The notes under the pieces are model-generated. The model saw only the letters and a program-made list of their open reading frames with translations, did no database searches and was not told the origin of the DNA. Position numbers and translations under genes: made by a program. Shown here piece after piece: positions 57,334 to 64,000 of a stretch of 64,000 bases of DNA. Source of the stretch: an uncultured Chloroflexia bacterium. GTDB taxonomy: Bacteria > Chloroflexota > Limnocylindria > QHBO01. The stretch is taken from contig CAVOGE010000007.1 of assembly GCA_963695195.1 (NCBI GenBank), positions 831,756-895,755 on the forward strand, given 5' to 3'. The number at the start of each line of letters is the position of its first letter. Position 1 is the first letter of the stretch.

Positions 57334-57812
57334 GGTACGATCCGCCCGTGAGTCTGCCGAACCCGGGCGACGCGGCCCCCGCATTCCGCATGACCGCCGA
57401 CGACGGTCAGTTGGTTTCGACCGAGAGCCTCGCCGGACGGCGCTTCGTCCTCTACTTCTACCCGAAGGACGACACGCCCGGCTGCACCCGTCAGGCGTGC
57501 TCATTGCGCGACAACTGGGAACGGATGCAGGCCACCGGCGCCGAGATCTTCGGCGTCTCGGTCGACTCGGTGGCGAGCCACGTGAAGTTCCGCGCCAAGT
57601 ACGACCTGCCGTACCGCCTCCTCTCCGACGTGGGTCACGCAGTCGCCGAGGCGTTTGGCGTCTGGGTCGAGAAGACATTCCTGGGAAAGAGCTACATGGG
57701 GACCGAGCGAACAAGTTTCGTCATCGGTCCCGACGGGCGGATCGAGCACGTGCTGCCGCGCGTCAAGCCAGACGAGCACGTGGACCGGCTCCTGGAGTTG
57801 CTCGCCGCATGA
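57330..57812 (+). CDS. bcp: Peroxiredoxin Bcp (thiol peroxidase)
   Basis: PKDDTPGCTRQAC peroxidatic Cys motif. Confidence 0.85.
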   Translation: MRYDPPVSLPNPGDAAPAFRMTADDGQLVSTESLAGRRFVLYFYPKDDTPGCTRQACSLRDNWERMQATGAEIFGVSVDSVASHVKFRAKYDLPYRLLSDVGHAVAEAFGVWVEKTFLGKSYMGTERTSFVIGPDGRIEHVLPRVKPDEHVDRLLELLAA

Positions 57813-57955
57813 TGTGGATCGCCATCGCCGTCGTCCTCGTCGCCTGGTTCGCCGGGCTCCTGCTCCAACTGGGTCCGCTGGTCAACCTGCTGCTCGTGCT
57901 GGCGGCGGTCCTCCTGGTGGTGCAGGTCATCAACGAGCGGGAGGAACAGGCGTAG
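57809..57955 (+). CDS. Small membrane protein (48 aa), lmo0937-like
   Basis: MMWIAIAVVLVAWFAGLLL...; ATGA overlap with bcp stop. Confidence 0.5.
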   Translation: MMWIAIAVVLVAWFAGLLLQLGPLVNLLLVLAAVLLVVQVINEREEQA

Positions 57956-58119
57956 TGGGGTGGGCCGGCCTCGCCTGGCGGGCGGCCCCGGTCGTCCTGG
58001 TGCTCGCCTGGCTGGTGGCCCTGATCGGCGGGTTCAGCGCCGGCGGCCTCGTCCACCTGCTGGTTCTGGGTGCGCTTGCCTCGCTTGCGTGGGACCCGAC
58101 CAGGGGTCAAGCCGGCTAG
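57955..58119 (+). CDS. Small hydrophobic protein (54 aa)
   Basis: GTG overlapping previous stop. 2 TM helices. Confidence 0.35.
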   Translation: MGWAGLAWRAAPVVLVLAWLVALIGGFSAGGLVHLLVLGALASLAWDPTRGQAG

Positions 58120-58176
58120 TCCTCCGCCCGTCCGCGACGGCCGAGGTGTCGCGCCCATCGGCTACGCTTGCGGTCC

Positions 58177-59268
58177 GTGAAACTCCTGCATTTCGCCGAC
58201 CTCCATCTCGACGCGCCCTTCGCCTGGGCTACCCCCGCGGTGGCACGAACGCGGCGCCAGAACCGACGCGAAACGCTGACGCGGGTGCTCGAACTGGCCG
58301 AGGCTGAGGCGGTCGACGCGATCCTGTGCGCCGGCGACCTGTTCGAGCACGACCGGTTCACGCCCGACACGATCGAGTTCCTGCGCGCGAGCTTCGCGCG
58401 GACCGATCGGCCCATCTATCTCGCGCCTGGCAACCACGACTGGTATTCGCCCCGAAGCCCGTACGCGCTGGCGGCATGGTCGTCCAACGTGCACCTCTTC
58501 ACGGAGGACCGCCTCACCCCGGTCACGCTCGCGGACGGGCTGACGCTGTGGGGTGCCGCGCACCGTGCTCCCGCCAACACCGATGGCTTCTTCGCCGGCT
58601 TCTCGACCGATCGCAGCGGCATCCACCTGGCGCTGGCGCACGCATCGGAGCGCGGCGCGCTCGCTTTCCAGGAGTCGGGCAAGCAGCCGCATGCACCGTT
58701 CGACGCCGCCGAGCTGGAGGGGGCCGGGATCGCGCACGCGTTCCTCGGCCACTACCACGTCGCCCGTGATCGAGACCGCCACACGTATCCCGGCAACCCG
58801 GATCCGCTCGAATTCGGCGAATCGGCCGATCGGGGGGTGGTGATCGCCGTCGTCGCCGACGACGGAGGCATCACGCGGGTGCGCCATTCGGTCGCGGTGA
58901 GCGCCGTCCACGACGTCGACGTTTCGCTCGACGGCTGCCAGCATGCCGACGATGTCCGCGACCGCGTCGGGGCGGCGATCGCCGGTCTCGCGGGCTCGGT
59001 CCGCGTGACCCTCGCCGGCGAGGTGCCGGCCGCGTTGCCGATCAGCCCGCGTGAGCTGCAGTCACTCGGCGATCACCTCGACGGCCTGCTCGTTCGAAGC
59101 GGCTCCGTTCACCCCATGTACGACCTCGAGGCGATCCGCCACGAGGCGACCGTGCGCGGCCAGTTCGCGCGCGACACCGACGAGATCGAAGACGACGAGC
59201 GCCGCCGCCGCGTGCTGATCACCGGCTTGCGAGCCCTCGAGGGCCGCGCCGACCTCGAGGTCGCCTGA
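58177..59268 (+). CDS. SbcD/Mre11-like metallophosphoesterase (YhaO/SbcF-like)
   Basis: VKLLHFADLHLD, GDLFEH, GNHD, GHYH phosphoesterase motifs. Confidence 0.8.
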   Translation: MKLLHFADLHLDAPFAWATPAVARTRRQNRRETLTRVLELAEAEAVDAILCAGDLFEHDRFTPDTIEFLRASFARTDRPIYLAPGNHDWYSPRSPYALAAWSSNVHLFTEDRLTPVTLADGLTLWGAAHRAPANTDGFFAGFSTDRSGIHLALAHASERGALAFQESGKQPHAPFDAAELEGAGIAHAFLGHYHVARDRDRHTYPGNPDPLEFGESADRGVVIAVVADDGGITRVRHSVAVSAVHDVDVSLDGCQHADDVRDRVGAAIAGLAGSVRVTLAGEVPAALPISPRELQSLGDHLDGLLVRSGSVHPMYDLEAIRHEATVRGQFARDTDEIEDDERRRRVLITGLRALEGRADLEVA

Positions 59269-59271
59269 CCG

Positions 59272-61788
59272 ATGTGGATCGAGCGGGTGATCGCCCATGC
59301 CTTCGGGCCGTTTCAGGACGCGACGCTTGAGTTGGGCGAGGGGATGACCGTGGTTGCCGGTCCCAACGAGGCCGGCAAGACCACGTGGCACGCTGCCACC
59401 CGCCTTGCGCTCACCGGCCTGCGCCGCGGGCCGGGCATGACCAAGGAGGCACACGAGTTGATCCGCCGCCACCGCCCGTGGGACGCGCCGGAGCGATGGG
59501 AGGTCGAGGCGCGCCTGCATCTGGCGGACGGGCGCGCGATCGACATCATCCAGGACCTGGCCGGCAAGGTGGCATGCCGCGCCCGCGACGTGGTGCTGGG
59601 GGGCGACGTGTCCGCGGAGATCATCAACGACGGCACGCCCGACGCCAGCCGCTGGCTCGGGCTGGATCGCGATGCCTTCGCATCGGTCGCTGCGGTCAGC
59701 CAGGCGCAGATCATGGCCGTCGCCGACAACGCTGGCGCGCTCCAGGATGACCTCCAGCGAGCCGCCGCCACCCGCGGGACGGATGCCACCGCCGCGGAGG
59801 CGATCGACCAGCTGAAGGCCTTCCGCCGCGAGTCTGTCGGTGCCGATACCCGGGCCGCCGTTGGGCCGCTGCGCCGGGCGATCCGTGACCAGGAGTCGGC
59901 AGAGTCGGCGGTGGCGGAGGCGCGACGGCTGCACGCGGAGTACCTGGAGCGCCGAGCGAGCCTCGAGGAGGCCCAGGCGGGCCATCTTGCCGCGAGCCGC
60001 GTGCAGGCCGGCGTCGAGGTGGCGCGCGCGCGTCGCGAGGCGGAGGTACTTGTCCGGCGCACCGCACGCGCCCAGGAGCTCGCCGCCAGGTACCCGATCG
60101 CGCCGGCCGGCCTGGATACGCAGGACGCGCTGGCCCGCGAGGTCGCTGCCGCGCTGGACGGGTGGCGGCATCGTCCTCCGCTGCCAATGCTCGACGGTCC
60201 CGGCAGCGGGGCGCTGGCGACCCAGATTGCCGCGCTGCCCGCGCTGCCCGACGGCGATCGCCGGCCGCACCCCGAGGTGGTGGAGGCGTCTCGGTCGCTC
60301 GATCTGGCGGAGGAGGCGCTTCGGCTCCATCACGATAGTCCTGCGACGTCGGCCGAGGCAACGGCCCAGGCGCCGATCACATCAACCGCGAGATCGGGAA
60401 CCCCCGGCTGGGCCATACCCGTGGCGGCCGGAGGGGCGGCAGCGGTTGCCGGTGTCGCCCTGCTCGCGGTGCAGCAGACACCTGCTGGCGTCGCCCTCGC
60501 CATGTTCGGGGTGCTGCTGGCGGCCTGGGGATGGTCACGGCGCGGTCCTGCTGGCGCGGGGGCGAACCCCGCTGCGGAGCGGCTTATCAACGAGCAGCAG
60601 GCGGAGGCGCGGCGGTCGACGAAAGTGGTGCTCGACGCTACCCTCCGCGACGCCGAGCAACGGCTGCGCCGAGCGCTCGTTGGCCGCGGGGCCGAGGTCA
60701 ATGGGACGCTCCGTGCTGCCCTGACCGCATATGAGACCGCCTGCGCGGACCGCGCGGATCAGGCCGAGGCGGCCGCCGGCGGCGAAGGGCTGCGCCAGGC
60801 GCTGGCGTCCAGGAGCGCTCTCGAGGCGAGCGCCGACCAGGCACGGCAGACCGCCGCCGCCGCCGAGGTCGCGCTCCGCGCCGCCGCCACACGGGTCGGT
60901 GAACCGTCCGAAGGTACGGTCGAAGAGATCGACGCGGCCCTTGGGGCCTGGCAGGCGCGCTGGACGGAGGCGGTGCGCGGTGTCGAGGTCGCGATCCGCG
61001 AGTGGCAGGAGCTGGAAGGGCTGCTGGACGGTCGAAGCCTGGAGGAGCTCCGGGATGAGGCTGCTCGCCGCCGGGCCGCCTCGGACCGACTGGTCGAGGC
61101 GCTGGACGGTGAGCCGCCGTCCCTGGCAGCCGAGGTGGACCTCGAGGCAGTCGAATCGAGCGCGCGCGCCGCAACCGCGATGGCGAAAGCGACGGCCGAC
61201 GCCCTCACCGGGGAACTGCGACTGACCGGCGCCGCGCTGCCCGACGTCGCCGAGGCCGAGGAGCGCCTCGCAGCCTCGCGCGCCGAACTGGCTCGCGTCA
61301 CAGAACTTGCCGAGGTGCTCGACCAGACGCTCGACCTCCTTCAGGCGGCCGAGCGCAGGGTGCACCGCGACATTGCGCCCGTGTTGAAGGCGTCGGTCGA
61401 GCGCCACCTGCCGACGGTCACCGGTGGAGCGTACGACGAGGTTGGGGTGAACCCGCGGGATCTCTCGGTCGATGTGAAGGAGGCCCGCACCGGCCAGTGG
61501 CGTGACGCCAGGCTCCTGTCGGAGGGTACCCGGGAGCAGGTCTACCTCCTGCTCCGTGTCGCGATGGCGGAACACCTGGTGACCACCGCGGAGACCGCCC
61601 CGCTCCTGCTCGACGAAGTGACTGCGCAGGCGGACCCCGACCGCAAGCGCCAGGTGCTCGAGGTGCTCCGCGCGGTCAGCGCGGACCGGCAGGTCGTGCT
61701 CTTCAGTCACGACGCCGACGTGCTGGCCTGGGCCGATATCTCTCTGTCCGAGCCACGTGACAGGGTCGTCCGACTGGGTGGCTGGTAG
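59272..61788 (+). CDS. SbcC/Rad50-like SMC ATPase with central hydrophobic segment (YhaN/SbcE-like)
   Basis: Walker A GPNEAGKTT, long Ala/Arg-rich coiled coil, signature LSEGTREQVYLL, Walker B LLLDE. Hydrophobic stretch ~res 380-420. Confidence 0.8.
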   Translation: MWIERVIAHAFGPFQDATLELGEGMTVVAGPNEAGKTTWHAATRLALTGLRRGPGMTKEAHELIRRHRPWDAPERWEVEARLHLADGRAIDIIQDLAGKVACRARDVVLGGDVSAEIINDGTPDASRWLGLDRDAFASVAAVSQAQIMAVADNAGALQDDLQRAAATRGTDATAAEAIDQLKAFRRESVGADTRAAVGPLRRAIRDQESAESAVAEARRLHAEYLERRASLEEAQAGHLAASRVQAGVEVARARREAEVLVRRTARAQELAARYPIAPAGLDTQDALAREVAAALDGWRHRPPLPMLDGPGSGALATQIAALPALPDGDRRPHPEVVEASRSLDLAEEALRLHHDSPATSAEATAQAPITSTARSGTPGWAIPVAAGGAAAVAGVALLAVQQTPAGVALAMFGVLLAAWGWSRRGPAGAGANPAAERLINEQQAEARRSTKVVLDATLRDAEQRLRRALVGRGAEVNGTLRAALTAYETACADRADQAEAAAGGEGLRQALASRSALEASADQARQTAAAAEVALRAAATRVGEPSEGTVEEIDAALGAWQARWTEAVRGVEVAIREWQELEGLLDGRSLEELRDEAARRRAASDRLVEALDGEPPSLAAEVDLEAVESSARAATAMAKATADALTGELRLTGAALPDVAEAEERLAASRAELARVTELAEVLDQTLDLLQAAERRVHRDIAPVLKASVERHLPTVTGGAYDEVGVNPRDLSVDVKEARTGQWRDARLLSEGTREQVYLLLRVAMAEHLVTTAETAPLLLDEVTAQADPDRKRQVLEVLRAVSADRQVVLFSHDADVLAWADISLSEPRDRVVRLGGW

Positions 61789-61827
61789 GATTCGCCCGAT
61801 CCCACGGCCATCCTGCCAGGCGAACCG

Positions 61828-62547
61828 ATGCCCACCGACCGACTCCCCACACCTGAACGCGTCCTGGTCGTCGCCGCGCATCCGGACGACATCGAGTTCG
61901 GCGCGGCGGGGACGGTGGCGCGCTGGATCTCGGAGGGCGCCGAGGCCCACTACCTCCTGCTGACCAGCGGTGACAAGGGCAGCGATGACCCCGCCGCCGA
62001 CCCGGCGGCCCTGGTCGCGACCCGCGAGCAGGAGCAGCGCGCTGCTGCGGCGGAGATCGGTGTGGCGAGCGTCGACTTTCTCGGTGAACCCGATGGCCAG
62101 GTCGAGTCGAGCCTGCGGCTGCGCGAGCGGATCACCCGCGCTATCAGGGCCCTCCGTCCCGAAGTGGTGATGACCCACGACCCGACCGTGCTGTTCGTGA
62201 ACAACGAGTGGGTCAACCACCCGGACCACCGCGCCGCCGGGCTGGTGGTGGTCGACGCCGTCTTCCCGACCGCCCGGGACCCGCTGAACTTCCCCGAGCA
62301 CCTCGCGGCCGGGCTCGGGGCCTGGAAGGTTGCGGAGCTCTTCCTGTGGAGCACCAACGAGGCCAACCAGTTGGTCGACATCGGCGCGACGCTCGACCGC
62401 AAGATCGCGGCGCTTGCCCACCATGCCAGCCAGTTCCGCGACTTCGCCGAGACGGACCGCTGGCTGCGGCGCGGCGCGGAGGAACTGGGCGAGCGAGCGG
62501 GATACGCTGCCGCCGAGGGATTCCGGCGGGTGATGCTGGCCAGATGA
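61828..62547 (+). CDS. PIG-L/LmbE-family N-acetylglucosaminyl deacetylase
   Basis: AHPDDIEFG, HPDH zinc motifs. Confidence 0.8.
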   Translation: MPTDRLPTPERVLVVAAHPDDIEFGAAGTVARWISEGAEAHYLLLTSGDKGSDDPAADPAALVATREQEQRAAAAEIGVASVDFLGEPDGQVESSLRLRERITRAIRALRPEVVMTHDPTVLFVNNEWVNHPDHRAAGLVVVDAVFPTARDPLNFPEHLAAGLGAWKVAELFLWSTNEANQLVDIGATLDRKIAALAHHASQFRDFAETDRWLRRGAEELGERAGYAAAEGFRRVMLAR

Positions 62548-64000
62548 CTCAATCAGGGGGGCGGGTGCGCTGGCTCGCCGTTTCTGTCGGTGCTGCCGCC
62601 CTGCTCGCGGCCTGCACCGCGACGATCCTGCCGTCGCCATCGGTGCCACCCCGCGTCACCGTTGACCGCGCCGCCGAGCACGAGGCCGCGCGCCGTGTCG
62701 CCGTCAAGTTCCTGGTCGCCTGGCGCGGCGAACGCTTCGAGCGGATGGTCGAGCTGCTGGCTCCGGCAGACCGCGACCGCTTCTCGGCCGATGCGATCAC
62801 CGGCCTCCTGCGGGACTTCGCCGAGATGGCGGGCGTCACCCGTCTGGCGGCCGAAGCAGGGCCGGTCCTGGAGACGAGCCTGTCGCCGGAAGGCGCGATC
62901 GAGGGGCCGCGCCGGGCACTCACGATCCCGATTCGCCTGGCCTTCGAGACCGATCGATTCGGCCGCGTGGCGTTCCAGCGGATGTTGACGCTCACCGCGG
63001 GGGCAGAGGGCTGGGAGGTTCGTTGGCGCGCGGCGCTGCTCTTCCCCGCGCTCGGCGACGACGGAACGCTCGAGCTGGCCCGCACGCTCGGCACCCGCGG
63101 CCGGATCCTCGCAACCGACGGGACGGTCTTTGCGCAGGTCCGCGACGACGGCACTCGTGTCTACCCGCAGGAGTGGCTGGCCGGCCAGACGATCGGCTGG
63201 GTCACGCCGGCCGTCGAAACCGAGCTGCCGGCGCTCGGGGCCGACTACCGAACCGGCGACCTGGTCGGTCGCAGCGGCCTGGAGCGAGGTGCAGAGGCGC
63301 TGCTCCGCGGATCGCCGGGGTACGTCCTGTCGGCCGTTGCCGGTCCGGGCGTCGGCCAGGAGACCGAGCCGAAGCCACTCCTCGAGCGCGCACCGGTACC
63401 CGGCGCCGACCTGACCATCGCCATCCGCCCGGACCTCCAGCGCATCGCCGAGGACGCCATCGGCACATACCACGAAGCGGCGACCGCGATCCTCGATCCG
63501 CAGAGCGGCGACGTCTGGGCGCTCGCGTCGGCTCCACTCTTCAACCCCAACGCGATGGTGCTCGGCACCACCCTGGCCGGCGATCCGCTCCCCGTACCGA
63601 GCGCCTCGGCACGGCGCAACCACGCCGTGGATTCGGGCTATCCGGCAGGGTCGTCCTTCAAGCCATTCACCCTGCTGGCTGCACTGCGGACCGGCGTCGC
63701 CGATCGGGCGACCCGGATGTCCTGCAACGGCACCTGGGTCTTCGACGGCTTCACGTTCCGCAACTACGAGATGCACTCGCTGGGCAACAGCGTGTCGCTG
63801 ACGACCGCCATGGCCTTCAGCTGCAACACCACCTACATGCCGCTCTCGATTCGCGTGTGGGACGCGGATCGGGAGGCACTGACCGACCTGATCGCCGAAT
63901 TCGGCTTTGGGAAGCCCACCGCGATCGCCCACCTTGCCGAAACGCCGGGCATCCTGCCCGATGCCGCCTACTACGAGGGGAGGCCGCGCTGGGACGGCGG
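62544..64000 (+). CDS. Penicillin-binding protein (lipoprotein; N-terminal NTF2-like region plus transpeptidase domain), 3' end beyond window
   Basis: Frame open from ATG 62544 to window end. Lipobox LLAAC, SxxK (SSFKPF) and SxN (FSCNT) motifs. Not in ORF track because no stop in window. Confidence 0.7.
   Translation, partial: MTQSGGRVRWLAVSVGAAALLAACTATILPSPSVPPRVTVDRAAEHEAARRVAVKFLVAWRGERFERMVELLAPADRDRFSADAITGLLRDFAEMAGVTRLAAEAGPVLETSLSPEGAIEGPRRALTIPIRLAFETDRFGRVAFQRMLTLTAGAEGWEVRWRAALLFPALGDDGTLELARTLGTRGRILATDGTVFAQVRDDGTRVYPQEWLAGQTIGWVTPAVETELPALGADYRTGDLVGRSGLERGAEALLRGSPGYVLSAVAGPGVGQETEPKPLLERAPVPGADLTIAIRPDLQRIAEDAIGTYHEAATAILDPQSGDVWALASAPLFNPNAMVLGTTLAGDPLPVPSASARRNHAVDSGYPAGSSFKPFTLLAALRTGVADRATRMSCNGTWVFDGFTFRNYEMHSLGNSVSLTTAMAFSCNTTYMPLSIRVWDADREALTDLIAEFGFGKPTAIAHLAETPGILPDAAYYEGRPRWDG

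Noticed and set aside
55843-57714. 623-aa minus-strand ORF
   Set aside because: Antisense across the alpha/beta hydrolase, oxidoreductase start and Bcp genes, with an Arg/Pro/Gly-rich nonsense composition.
60535-63932. 704-aa and 459-aa minus-strand ORFs
   Set aside because: Antisense to the SbcC-like ATPase, deacetylase and PBP genes, which all have strong motifs on the plus strand.
1-64000. CRISPR arrays, integrases, transposases, rRNA
   Set aside because: No repeat-spacer periodicity, no tyrosine/serine recombinase or DDE motifs, and no rRNA-like stretches. The tRNA-flanked insert lacks any mobility gene.

Overview
This is a high-GC (~70%) bacterial chromosomal segment, plausibly actinobacterial or Chloroflexi-like, with dense overlapping GTGA/ATGA start-stop junctions typical of translational coupling. 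Calls use the six-frame ORF track, my own motif recognition, and third-codon-position GC bias. Many long ORFs in the track are antisense or out-of-frame artefacts of the GC content and were discarded.

Contents, in order along the window:
- 3' end of galE.
- A Zur-like Fur regulator coupled to a ZIP zinc permease.
- A DEAD-box helicase, a degenerate ligase-like protein and an endonuclease III-like glycosylase in one co-directional block.
- YbjQ and a small membrane protein.
- Two near-identical tRNA-Thr(CGT) genes with duplicated flanks. They bracket a 5.2-kb insert carrying a KdpD-like two-component system and an APC permease with a Usp-like C-terminal domain.
- A gamma-glutamylation (Puu-like) amine catabolism cluster: two ABC permeases, a PuuD-like hydrolase, an aldehyde dehydrogenase, an SDR, a GS-family enzyme and an APC permease.
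- rplY.
- An MprAB/PepD-like envelope-stress module.
- folB-folP-folC, a cysteine-rich orphan, trxA, and a PASTA Ser/Thr kinase.
- galU.
- A tRNA-Glu.
- A sulfite-oxidase-like Mo enzyme.
- A fused APH-kinase/class-III aminotransferase.
- A LigB-type DNA ligase, OsmC, Ku, and a second degenerate ligase-like paralog. A CYTH protein and a WYL regulator sit alongside.
- A giant HTH-GAF-GGDEF protein.
- An M23 peptidase.
- A TPP riboswitch controlling a thiamine pyrophosphokinase plus a YkoEDC-like ECF transporter.
- Bcp.
- A SbcD/SbcC-like (YhaO/YhaN-type) pair.
- A PIG-L deacetylase and a penicillin-binding protein (PBP) cut off by the window end.

The most unusual signal is a pair of paralogous, standalone LigD-ligase-domain homologs whose motif I lysine and other catalytic residues are replaced. 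One sits directly after Ku; the other sits between a DEAD-box helicase and an Nth-like glycosylase. They are candidate non-catalytic repair factors.

No CRISPR array, integrase, transposase or rRNA was seen.
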